From Intoshia linei (Eukaryota; Animalia; Orthonectida), in NCBI GenBank assembly GCA_001642005.1, contig LWCA01000021.1, positions 17,581 to 81,580 on the forward strand: 64,000 nt of DNA. The letters run 5' to 3'. A program made the translations under genes and the position numbers. Position 1 is the stretch's first letter. Each line of letters opens with the position of its first letter. The notes beneath the pieces are model-generated. The model was given only the letters and a program-made list of their open reading frames with translations. It had not been told where the DNA came from and ran no database searches. Shown here in pieces: positions 1-12,900 of this stretch.

Positions 1-1075
1 TTTCTATACCTAATTTGACCCCAAATTTGACATAGTTTGATTTAGTGAAATACCCTAATATACATGTATAATATACATTGTATATGTATGTATTAAAAAT
101 ATATTACCAGAAATGTCTTGAAGTAGTTGAAAACTGAATAAATAATGGTAAATTGATGATATTGTACCTTTAAGAGAACTATTTCTACAAGTCAGCAACA
201 GTATAATACAAACCATATCCAAAACTATGGAAATAGTAGATGTTATTTGAACAATTACAAACCATCCTATTATAAAAATTATTATATAAATCATTATTAT
301 TAAAATTGTATACCAGTGCAAGGTTTCTTAAAGTTAAAACTCCACGGACCCCTCATTTCACCCGAAATTTTTATCAAACCCCTCAAAATATCTATATAAT
401 ATTTTTAATAATATATAAAAAAGGATTCATCTTTAACGGAGACGAGAGGGGGAAAGGGTAGATTTTGTTTACCGCTGTGGGGTAACCTCACAAGGATAGT
501 AAAATAATGATTTGATAATGGTAGAAAAGAAACAAGTCAATTTCTGAGAAAATTAAAAATAAAAATTACACTAACTATTAATTTATAATTAATTCAAAAC
601 TTTTGAGTTACCGGATCTTACCAGGGTAATTTGAGTTTTTGTCCATGGAGATTTAAATTTCTACAAATGAAATTTATGATTAAATTTTAGTATTTGAGAT
701 ACAAAAAATTCGAAAATTATCCAATTGTTGTGGTTATGGGTATTTTACCGCCAACGATTCCAGTAAATATTTTAAAAATATATTAATAAATAATGTAATA
801 CCTGGAAATAGAAACTTTCGAATACGCCAAAAATAGGTTGAATAAATCCACCAACATCCATAATATGTTTGCATAATTTCATCTCTTTTTAATGTTAAAC
901 CATCAAAGCAAACTGTCCATAGACCTATCATTTTAAAAGGCGTATGAAGCCTTGGCCAACTAATCAACCAAAATGGTGTACAAAAAGCAAACAAATTAAA
1001 AAAAAAAGTTACGAATATTAAACATAGGGTCAACTTATAAAAATAAATGTGAATACGATCTATGTTAAATTTCAT
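1..1075 (-). CDS. Invertebrate claudin (PMP-22/EMP/claudin superfamily, kune-kune/sinuous-like), 3' end beyond window or unresolved
   Basis: Exon 1075-802 (ATG...FCTPFWLISW...IGLWTVCF...GCWWIYSTYFWRIRKFLFP) splices GT-AG in phase to an exon starting at 266 (GWFVIVQ...TM2). It has the W-GLW-C-C claudin signature and the 'FLFPGWF..VQ' segment typical of kune-kune-type claudins. Later exons are uncertain. Confidence 0.85.
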
Positions 1076-1812
1076 TTACGATTAATTGGACATGGTCCAT
1101 TGACTAAAACTAAAACTACAGTAACTTTAACAATGATGATCTAAACATAAACATAATCTCATCATATTTCATTAATTCAAGATCGTCTCTCAATTAAATT
1201 TGAAAATGTTTTTCTCGTGCCCCTTATTAATTAAAGAATTATAAAATTTTTCCATTTTAACGTTGATCAGTTAAGGTTCTCCGATAAGGACACATTACAC
1301 CTAACTGGGTCTATGAGTCTTTCCTATATCTGCATAAAAAATGATAAAGCGATAAGATAAGATAAAATGATAGGAAAAATAAATTATTGAAAAATTGAAC
1401 CAATTCAAAATATCACGTGTTTAATTTGCACAAATAAGGAATGAACCAACAGGTCAATTGGTTCAATTTTTGAATACTCTCATTAAATATTCAAACAAAT
1501 TACACAAAAATAATCAAACGAAAACAATAAAACGTCCCAGACAAAAACTTGATTTTGATTGATAAAATAATTGCCGCATACATCACCTTAATTTAAGGCT
1601 TAAATTATAAATTATAATAATGCACTAACAATTTTTAATTGTGAACCACACATTTTAATCTAAATGGTGCACAATTTTGAACAGCTAAAATTTACGTAAT
1701 TTTCACGAAATTCAACATTGTCAATCTCATTATTCCAACTTACACAAAGGTATAATTAATTAATAAGTAAAATAATACATAAAATGAAAATGTTCCACAA
1801 ATAAAAAATGGA

Positions 1813-1836
1813 ATTGTATTAGCAACCAGGTAAACA
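1813..1836 (+). promoter_or_regulatory. Candidate RFX X-box plus adjacent forkhead site upstream of XRRA1-like gene
   Basis: ATTGTATTAGCAAC (1813-1826, imperfect X-box with a good TAGCAAC half-site) followed by GTAAACA (1830-1836), 50-75 nt before the ATG at 1887. Confidence 0.35.
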
Positions 1837-1886
1837 TATTCTTAAACGAATTTAATATTTAAATCCATCAAAACTAAAATTTTAAA

Positions 1887-4800
1887 ATGACAATACACAA
1901 TTACAATATAAAATTGCACAACCCTGAAAATAAATCAACAAATCTATCAAAATGTTTTCCTGTACGATATTGTGGAATAAGTCGATTATTTGGTACATTA
2001 TTGTAAATTACTTAACTTACTTTTTAGTTTTGGTATTTTTAGTAGTATTGCAATCCTTACATTTTGATATTAATTTTTTCAATTTTTTCAATTTTTTTTG
2101 AATATATAATTTATTTAGATTCCAATAAATGGATTAAAAAAGGTGCAGAAACAAAAAACTCACTACCCACTGAAAAAAAACCATTAAAATCAAATGAGTA
2201 TAAATATAAAACTCTAAACAAGAAATTTCTGGTACTAATAAAAATTTTAAATTTAATATAAATTTAAAATTTCAAGTTGGATAAAGCTTGTGTAAAGTTT
2301 CCACACGATGTTTGTTATATTCGAATAATTGACGAAAATTTAAATAAAAATGATGATGCTGATTTTGTAGAGTTTATTAATCTTTTAGCTATTAATGCAT
2401 CAGAGAATGAATTGAAATTAGGTAGTGATTTATTTTAATTTTTAATATTTTTTAGAGCATTTTCAAAATTTTCCACAATTACAATGCTTAGAAATGTCAA
2501 TGAACCAAATGGATAATTTGAATAATATTGATTATAAAAAATTTAATTTAATGACTGCTTTGGATTTATCATTTAATAACTTGACGAATTCGAATGATAT
2601 TGAACATTTGGCTCTTTTACCACAGTTGAATAGATTAAACCTTTCCAATAATCTGTTTACTAAATTTCCGGATAGAATTTCTAGTTATTTATTAAAAGGG
2701 TGCGTTTTTATTTGTTCTTTATGTATTTATTTTGCTTATTTTATTTTTTAGCAATATTGAGCCTTTTAATTCGTTAGAACATTTAGTATTGGATTGCAAC
2801 AAATTTTGTTCGGCAAATTTGTTTGTTAGTATAGCAGGATTTAAAAGGTTTAATTAATTAAATTAATTTCACTAAATTTAAAATTCCTCTAAGAGGCGTC
2901 CCTTCTTTTTTAAAATTAGTAATTGCCCACGCCTTTTGACTGTTAGTAAAATAATTTATATTCATGACAGACCCGACCTACCATGCTTGAGCCCCACGCC
3001 AAAATTAAAAATAATCCCCTCAAATTTTTCAAATTAACAAAGAATGCACATACCATATAACCCTTAGCCACTTCTTCACAGGTCTAAATTGTACAGTTTA
3101 AATTTGGCACAAAATAGTTATCATGTTTAAAAAAAAACTTTTTGAAATGCTCAATTTCTAAAAATGATGCCCCATATTACTAAAATTTGGTCTTGGTCGA
3201 AAACGAGGGGACACATAATATGGTCGTTTTTTATGTTAATTAAATCTCTAAAAATTAATGGAGATTAAAGAAACTGGCCCTCAGTTTTATTAATACATGG
3301 GTTCTTAAAATTTCAGACTTTTTACCTGTCCCAGTGTTATAGAACTGATATTTATAATAATACTAATTTATTTTTAGATTAAAAAAATTGTCAATATCTC
3401 ATAATGATTTAGCTTTTATACCACGAATATCTTATTCTAAAGAAAAAAACAATTTTATTGTAAATTACGACAAAGCTTATACTCCATATTTAGATGAAAA
3501 ACCTGATGGTATATTTGATTATCTTTTAGTTACAGTATGATCCAATTTTTCTAACCCCTTTTACATTAATCATCCGGTAAATCTATAGGTTAGTAAATAG
3601 GTTCCCACACTTTTTTCACTGCGGACGAGTAATAAATTATAAAATTTATCGCGGACCATTAAAGTTAAATTACTAGGCAACTTTAAAAAAATTTATTTAA
3701 AAAACGTAATAAATTTACTTCTAATCAGTAAAAAAATAATTACGCGAACCGACATTTGGGAAACGCTGGGTTAGTACAAATTTTGATTAAAAGATTAAAA
3801 ATAAATTAAAAGTATTTTTTTAAATTTTCCTGGCACCCATTGTAGTGGCTGATATCACTTTAATGGAAAAATTTTGGTATAAATAGTCTGTGTTTTTATG
3901 GAAGCATATTGCAACTCTAATGCAATTTTAAACGATTTTTCCCTGAGTGTTTGAAATTGTATCACTTATGGCATCGTAAATTGTGTTAATAGTGGAATAA
4001 AAGTAGGTTTTTAAAATAATAATGTAGCCGTCGTATAGTCTTTGGGATAAATTGCAAATATCTTACAATTCTGTAATAAATATTACAAATTCTGCTATAA
4101 AAATGAACAAAAGTTGATAAAAATTTTTTCATATTTTATTTGAATCTCACGGATTCCAGGCATATAGTTTTGAATCACTAATGGGTCCAGGGAACCCAGT
4201 CGGGACCACTGCTCTAATGTCTGATTTTAACTGGTAAATGAAAATATAAGTAACCCTACCAGACATTTTTGCTTAAAATTAGTATTGTATTAATTTTGTA
4301 TATTTATTATTTTATTTAAATTTATTTATTTAGAAAATCCATATTTGGAATCTTTAAAAGAAGTTGATGATTACATGTCTAATAAATGGAGAATTAATAA
4401 ACCAAATTTGAAAGAAAATTGCATTCCATTTTGTGAAATCATTGATATCAATATTGATAATAACTTGGTACGACATTTATGTTTCATAAAATCTTAACCA
4501 TGTGCCTGTTCTTAATTATTTAAAGACTAATAATCTTAGAATTTTCAAAAACAAAAACAATCAATCTTCAATATAAAATTATTATAAATTATAATTATTA
4601 ATAATCATGATTAAAATGTGGCCATTTAATTTTTTAACTAAAGCATTGATCACCGTTTATATTTACTTACATTTACATTTGTGTATTAATTTATATTAGA
4701 TTTCTGATGAAAAATGCATAATTAGTCTATCACTTTGGCCACAGTTAAACTCGATCAGTTTGGTTGGAAATCCTATAATTTTAAATAATAAAAATAATCC

Positions 4801-7497
4801 TCCACTTTTACAAAACATGTTGGTTAATACAAGAAATATAACGATTTACAGGTATTATATTATAATTAATATATAATTTTGATAAATGATTTATTATTTT
4901 TTTGAATTTTAGATACCGAAAAAAGGAAAAATATAGAAAATTATCTTATATAAACTATGATTCGCAGGTGATATTTTATTTATTATCTATATTTCAGGTG
5001 TAAATAAAAATGTAAAATTTTAAATTATAGTTGCATAATCGTTACACAAAACCACTAAAATCTTTGACATATGATTATACTATTCAAAATACTAAACACT
5101 TAAAATTGACTTTGGAAAAATCTACCGCTAATCAGTGTATCAATGATAATGTACAATTGGAAACACAGATTACAATTAATACATCAAATTTAAAAAGCGA
5201 AAACACTCAAAGTACAATAAATGCCGTCAGAACTGAAAATGGAAATGCCTTTATGACTGATGTAGAATTTAAAGATGTAATTTAATAAAAATACCATTAC
5301 ATTTTATATATAGCAACATATTGAAGAAAACGAATCACAACAATTGGAGGGGTTGCAGAAATTGAAAGAATCTGATCTATTTGACACAATATACGACACA
5401 GAATATGATCATTTGATAAATCATTTAAATATTGATACATTAGGTAAAATTTTAATCAACAATATACACAAAACATACTAAATCCAGTCGAGAGCCCCGA
5501 AAACTAAATATACATAAATGTATAAATAAAATAGAACAGGGTGGTCTAAACGCATGTTGAATGAGGACCAAAAAATAAATTTTAATAATTTTACGGATCG
5601 CAACATTAAAAAATATAGTTAAAAGGCAAGTATAAGTTAAAAAAATAAAAATTTCACCGATTAATCAGAAAATTACTACAAGTATCATGATATGAATATT
5701 ACGCCAATTAAATTATAATTTATGTTGTATAAAGTCATAACAGAACAAAAAATCAAAATGATAGAATTATTATGGTAAAGTACAAAAAGTAAAAAGTTAT
5801 GATGATATTTATGTAAATTAATGTTTTTAAAAATATTTTACTAACCAATTTCGCGAGCCGCACAAGTTAATCTGGCGGGCCACGCTTTGGACTACCCTGA
5901 TATAGAACATAATACAGAATGAAAAACATTACTCACAATATCTCATTATTATCCATATACCGGCAGAGTTGATATGAATGCAAATGTCACCGCTTTGGTG
6001 ATTGCTGATTTACCTTGTAAAGTAAATTTAAAATAATTGAGCATGGTAGGTTCGACTCTGTATGGATTGAAAGTGATGATAATTTAATTTAAAGTGTAAA
6101 TTAGAAAGAAAAGCATGTCGAAAAAAGTTGAACACGGTACTATCAAATCCAATCTCATCAAACACAGTAGAGGTAAAAATATTTTATAAAATTAATCAAC
6201 CAGGGTTTATGTTAATAATATGTACTAATTAATATACATTGTATTTATGTATATTACGATTTTTTCAAATTTATTTAGTTTTGAATTGCACTTTTCGCGA
6301 CAATTGTCGTTTATTAGCTTTGTAATTGTACAGTAATTACTCTAATACTCCAAATATCGATTTTTACAATATGTATAACTGAACTAGTTTGTATATTCGG
6401 TGCTTCGTACAAATTGCAGCTAGCTCTGCAGACTTTTTCATTTATATTATTATAACAGCGATTAAAAAATGTTATCTTTTAATATTACTGGTTTTATTTT
6501 CGTTATAAATCATACTTTAATAGAGTTGACACCCTAGTTATTAGAGCCTAGTATATCAACAATTGTAAATTTATAATTTTTTTTTTGTTTATATACGTGT
6601 TATTGTCTAGTAAAGGTTAATAACTTTTAATTTATTATAATCCAGCCTTAATAAAGTTTCACTTGGTGGGGACAAGCCCCCATTTAGGATCCACTAACTT
6701 AGAGTCTATATCAAATTTTTGAATTTTACTAACCAGAGAAATGTAAAATGAAGTAAATTTTAAAATGAATAATAAAAATTTAATAAATGGACTTTGATAA
6801 TAAATAATTTTTTGATATTAATATTTTACTAATTATCCAAAATTATATTTTGATTGAATGTTGGACTAATTTAATCAGAAATTTACATATCCTTTCAAAA
6901 ACCAAAATTATTATTATTTTGAAAAATTTCCACCTCAGGAATTAACATCTTCACCATCGCTTAATATTTATTTTTTCGTTAAAATGGTTCAATAATTATT
7001 GATAATAATTATAATTACTAAATAAATAATTAAACATTTAAAAGAGAGGTCACCAATTCACATTTCTTTCGTAAATTTTAAATAAAAGTTACAGGTTTTT
7101 TTCAATTTTTATGTTACCATTTATTACAACGATTTCCAAATGGGATACGGGGATAATATTGATCATATTACAAAAACATTATTAAATAAGGGTGCAAAAA
7201 TTAAATTTTACTGTTGCGGAATCAGGTTAATTAAATTTTGATCTAACCATAATTTGAATAGAGCCGGTTTGATTAAAAAAACTAATAATAAATTACTAGA
7301 AAAACCATTATCCAATATACAAATCAACACAAAAATTGAAATCAAGAGAAATTACTAGTTGTGAATTGAATAACTTGTCAGATATTTTATACTATAAAGA
7401 CACTGATTCTAAAATTCTCAAGGAAGCCGTGAAAGTATATAAAAAATTACAAAGAGAGTACTTGAAAATTATAAATCCAAAAAATAAACAAACATAA
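1887..7497 (+). CDS. XRRA1: X-ray radiation resistance-associated protein 1-like leucine-rich repeat protein (about 13 exons)
   Basis: Spliced translation MTIHNYNIKL..KCFPVR / LNKKFL-LDKACVKFPHDVCYI..INASENELKLEHFQNFPQLQCLEMSMN..LDLSFNNL..LALLPQLNRLNLSNN matches remembered XRRA1 motifs (CFPAR, INASEN, LDLSFNSL, LGILPHL). Late exons 5313-5442, 6105-6172 and 7300-7497 are phase-consistent; stop TAA at 7495-7497. Confidence 0.85.
5537..5899. mobile_element. hAT-type MITE in XRRA1 intron
   Basis: Termini CAGGGTGGTCTAAACG ... CGCTTTGGACTACCCTG; flanking 8-mers AAATAGAA / ATATAGAA (7/8 match, central TA as in Buster-type targets). Confidence 0.75.
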
Positions 7498-7573
7498 AAA
7501 AATGAAAAATTTAAATCTGTACATACTTCAATAAAAAATTTAATAATAAAATACAAGTAAACAATTTAATATA

Positions 7574-9484
7574 TTAATATAAATTTGCAGCAAAAGGAAT
7601 CATGACAAATGGATAAAATTTATCGTTATTCTGAACAAAATCAGTCATATGATCAATCTAAATAACATTAATATTTTATACAAATATAAATTACTTCATT
7701 TTCTTTGCAATTAACATCTTTGGATAAATGTTTATATTTCATATCTAAATATTCCAAAACCTTTTTTTCATAACGATGATTGTAAAAAATGGCCATGGAT
7801 TGAAAATTTGATAAAAATCCATACCTAGTTTAACATTTGTTAAAAGAATAAATATTAAAACCTCAAATGTGATTCGGTGTACAATTGTAATGAAATAACA
7901 TTTAACCAGTCTATAGTAAGATCACAGTAGTTTACTTGAAGCCATCGATAAAAAGGCATCTATTAAACACAATATAAATGTACAGAAAATATATTCCGAA
8001 TTCCCAATATAATGTGTATCTAGCACCTAACCATCATTTGATGACAGTTGCAGTACATGATTTTCAACAAATTCAAACCACCCGTGAAATGTTTTATAAA
8101 AATTTTGAAATTAAACTTACTGTCAATTTTTGCTTTTCTAACAGCAAAGTTTGTAATTCAGCAATTTCATTAATAGCAGCATCTTCATCGTAAACAAATT
8201 CTCGTGTAAAAAATCTATATAAAGAAATAACTATAAATATCAGTACATACAATTTAAAATTTTTTAAATTACCTTAATTTCCGAGCCTCAGATTTAAATT
8301 CGTCGACGCATTTTTTAAACAGAGTTACAGAGAAAATACTGTGTTCGTTATTTTCAATTAAACAACTAAAATTTAAATGGGGTACTTTTTAAAAAAATAA
8401 TATAACAAGTTATTTATTATTATTTGTTAACAATTAAAATTACGATGAGGATCGCGGAACAATCATTTTACACATTGTTTCGTAAACTTTAAACCACAAA
8501 TCTTTATTGTTCCTAAAATGACTTAACTTTTCAATTTCATTTCAAATTTATTTAAAAGATTTAAAAGGTAAAATCGCCAACCTCTGAACAACAACAAAGA
8601 GAGTAATCATAAAATCTGAATTTTGAATCACATTTTCTGGTTTTACAATTCCATGTAAACTTCGCGTCATGAGGCTTCCACTAGTATAACAATTAACATT
8701 TATATAAAAAATAAAAAATTACCTTTTTTTTCTATTTAGTGAGGTGTATAATGTTTTTAAAGAATGAAATTTTTGCTCCCGTTTTTTAAAATCGGCATGA
8801 ATTTGATTGGAATGCTATATCAGTTTAAATAAAAATATGAAAGAAAGCAAACATCTCTAAGTGAATGTATCATTGCATCGAGTGATTTTTTTATTGGATA
8901 ACGTGAAGTGTCCCATTTGAAATTGGAAATATAATTCATAATGGAAGCTAAAGGTTAAAAATTATCAATTTCATTACCAAAAGACGATAAATAAACGATT
9001 AAAACTCTTTTCATGTAATTTTAAATGTAATAAGCGTTAAAAACTGTATAACCTCCATTAATTTTGTATTGATCCTTTTTTACGTCATTTACTTCTACCG
9101 ATAATTCATCAATACATTTTATAAATTCACTGTACAAACTAAACACAAATTATTTCAATAAGTTTCAATGAGTTAATGGCCAGTTTAGTTTTTTTATAAA
9201 CCATCTAACATTGCTCAAAAATATATTTAGAAAAATTACTTGTTGATAAATTTTGATAGGTTGCTTAATTCTTCTGAACTAGAAAGTAAAATATCCAGAG
9301 TGCTAGCCTAAACAAATGATAAAAAAATTAAATTAAAACTTGCATTCATGGGAGGTGTATGAAAATGGCAACAAGTAATATCTCGGTTTATATTGTGGTA
9401 TAATTTTTTAGTTAAATCGGCAATCATTATAGGAGAATCTACAGATTTGTCGGAAGGTATACTAATAAAGACACACTTGTCCAT
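7574..9484 (-). CDS. ATP6V1C: V-type proton ATPase subunit C (divergent), multi-exon
   Basis: Spliced motifs ASTLDILLSSSEEL, NYISNFKWDTSRYPIKKSL, GSLMTRSLHGIVK..SDFMITLFVVV, MVPRSS, VTLFKKCVDEFK, FFTREFVYDE, YGFLSNFQSM and FYPFV parallel V-ATPase C (VGTLDVL, RFQWDMAKYPIKQSL, GSLLTRSL, RYGLPVNFQ, YYPYV), with matching intron positions. Confidence 0.93.
9308..9343 (-). other. 36-nt GC-AG intron (intron 1 of V-ATPase C)
   Basis: Donor GCAAGT after PPMN gives an in-frame join to ASTLD. The nearby GT donor 4 nt further gives an immediate TAG, and intron retention also ends in TAG. Confidence 0.75.
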
Positions 9485-9923
9485 TTCAAGATATTTCTCA
9501 AATTTTTTAACAATATGAATAAAACAGCCTATTTATTGATTTTATAATATATTAACTTGGTTACATCTTGGTTACCTATTGCACAGCTATTTTGATTTTA
9601 AGACAAGAAATATCCGTTTTACACCACACGCTATGTCGTAGTATATAATTCACCCAATTCAATACAGGCGTATATGACATAATTGGTAAATTTGAGGTTA
9701 TTGCGCATTTTTTTTGGTAAATCATTTCACTTTGGTTTAAAATTCAGAGTTAATCATCAATACATTATTCGATAAGAGAACATGAAATTTTTCAATTATT
9801 CTTGTGATAAAAATAAATTTTTCATATAATAATACTCCAAATAAATTTGAGCTAGAAACCTAATAATTACAACAATTATAAATAAGAAATATACTTTTAA
9901 TACAAAATTTACAAATGAAAAGA

Positions 9924-12900
9924 TTAACTTATTATATTTCTATAATTCATGGTGGCGTAAATATTAGGCATTTCATCAGTTTTGCTCAATTCTTGACCTA
10001 AATAATAGTAGAAATGTGTCAATTTAAATTGAATACGTGTTAAAATGTTGATTGATTTTTGAGTACGTTTTTCCAATTTATCAAGTTTTTTTTTTAAACA
10101 TTTTTTAATATCCCATGCTTCATCATTACAAAGTAAATTATCGAAATTAATGTTCTTATTCCAATTTTTTAAAACATTATCAAAATACTGTACATCGTAC
10201 ATATCAAAGTCCAACACCTCAGAGTAAACTAAATATACAATTATTAACCATTTTAATCACAACTAAATTATATATATATATTATATACGCATACGATGGA
10301 TATGGTCCGGTATATATAGTCTCCGTGTCCAATGGACACTGTCCATACATCTCCAACATTCCGAAATGTTAAAAATTTTAATTTTAAAAACTCCCGATAT
10401 AGATGATTGTCAAAAAATGTTTCAAGTGGACACTTCATTTGAATATTCTCATAAATTTTTATTATACAGTCGGATCTCGGTCTGTGGCATCATTTTTTGC
10501 AAAGTGTCCGAAAAGTAGAAGTTTTAGTAAATTATTTCAATATGTTGATAGTCAAAATCTCATTTAACGAAAATATTAGAAATGTGCTGCTGCACACATG
10601 TCTTAAATTTATCAAAATTATATTTAATATGAACAAATAATTAAACTTTTTATTATAATATCTTACATCATAATTTATTATAATTTTATATATATAAAAA
10701 GATTCTATGAATTCTTAAAAGAGACGATCTAATATTTAAAGCCATAACAATATTTAAAAAAATAAAATAATATTGAATTTACGCGTTCGTTAATCAAAAA
10801 TTCGTTAAATACCAGATATTTAGGCATTTATATAGAAAATAAAATTTCGACATTCGTNTTCGTTAATCAAAAATTCGTTAAATACCAGATATTTAGGCGT
10901 TTATATAGAAAATAAAATTTCGACGTTCGTTAAATGAGATTTAGACTGTATTATGTTTGTTGGTATTACAGTTCAATCCGATTTACGGTGGTATTTTCAG
11001 CGAAAGTCCGTAAATCAAAATTTAAATAAAAATTATTTGACTAATATTGTAATAATCTCAGGTTTATTATGTTGTTTTTCCAAATTTTAAAAAACAGAAA
11101 ATTAACCATAAAATTAAATGTACCAATATTTTTGCAATTAAAATTGCATGCATTTCATTTTTGAAAAATACTAAATAAATAATCCAACAAAATTAAATGA
11201 ATTAAATTATTATCAAATTAAATATAGAAAATATACACGTATAACCAATACAAAATTTCAATAATTTAGAAATTTTATATTTTAAGTCATTTTTTATCTT
11301 TCAAAATACAGTATTAGAAATTTCAAATTTTGTTTGATAAGTTGGTGGCACAATATTCTTGAAATAATAAATATAATGTAATCATTATAAAAATTATATT
11401 TACAAAAATTTTTAAAGACCAACGCATTATTTTAACATATATTGCTGACCTTGTTATAAATACTATAAAATGAATATAATACATAAAAACTACCCTAAAA
11501 CGGGGTTGGGATATACAAATAAATAAGTATATCAATTATAATTTAATTTTTTTAAAAAAGGTTTTTGAAGGTCTTTTCTCGATTATAAGAAGTCTGCTTA
11601 TATTCGTCAGTAGAAGGAAATGCTTATAATTAAAAACAAGCAGACTTGTAAGCAGACCTTAAAAAATATAAAAAATACACTAAGTTTTTTTCTAATTAGT
11701 ACAAACTTATCAATTAGACATTCTATTGTATGAAGGAAGTTATTTTTTAAAAATAAATTGATATGTTGTCCATTTCTTGTTTAAAGTTCTTTCTTTCGAA
11801 TACAAACAGAAACTGCGTATAATCAAATTTTAATTAGTTATAAATTTCACTGAAAATATGTATTTCAGGGGTATGTTTATAATCGAGAAAAGACAGTAGG
11901 GTTAACACTCGTTAACAATGTAAACGTTAATAAAAGTGATACCATTCTTCAAAGAAAGGTTTTCCATAACACAAGCTTGCAATTTTAAACATTTAGGTTT
12001 ATAATTTCGAAATTTTATTTTTCTAAAAATGTACATAAAAATAATAAATACATACATTGTAGTCTGATTTCAATTTTACTAGTAAAATTCATCAGGTTTA
12101 TGGATACGGTGATTTAGAGATTGTCACATAAATTTATCTGCCAGAAATACAAAAATTGGAAATAAAAATTAGAATCTGGGATAGTGAAATATTATTATAA
12201 AAATGGAATCTCGAAAAAAGGTTACAAAAATTAAAATAGATTATGGCAGGGGTTATCAACGTGGCTATATCGGCCAATTTTGACAATTATTTAATACTGG
12301 GACGATTTATTTTCAGAATAAACTCATTTTTAAATTGATATAATTTTCTTACATTTAATTTATTATAATTGTATACATTACATTAAACGTATAAAACTAC
12401 AAGTTGTATTGTCAAGCATTTTTTGCTTGTTTTTAATAATTAAAGAGTCCATGATAAATGTTTTTGGAAGGGGCGATGGCTCAAAAAAGGTTGACTATCC
12501 CAGATTATATTATAAGTTTGATCAACGTGACACATGTGATTCTAGGGGCTAACCATCTTAAATCATAAATATTTAAAAATCTAACCTTATCAACTTTTAA
12601 TTAACTAATTAAACTATTTAACATATAAAATATTAATTTTTTAACTTTTTCTTACATAATTATAATACACGCACAACTGAATCAAATCAAACCAAATCGC
12701 AGTGTTAGAGTTATAATGTTCTATTTGACTTTTTGACAAATATGATGTTTTTGATGAAAAATGTTGTAAATCATATTCGGTCACACTAAACAGTGAATCA
12801 CAATAAAAAAATTTATAAATACATGTATATTTATAAAATGTAGTGAATTTCAGTGAATCTTAGTTAATCACAGTTAAAAAATTTCTAAATAGTGAATCAC

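Noticed and set aside
6887-6895. ATATCCTTT, a perfect U12 AT-AC donor consensus inside XRRA1
   Set aside because: Exon 6105-6172 already supplies the needed phase change with GT-AG borders and XRRA1-like sequence, and no good U12 branch site follows.
10786-10930. Near-perfect ~72-nt tandem duplication
   Set aside because: The two copies are separated by an N at 10858, typical of an unmerged contig overlap; probably an assembly artefact.
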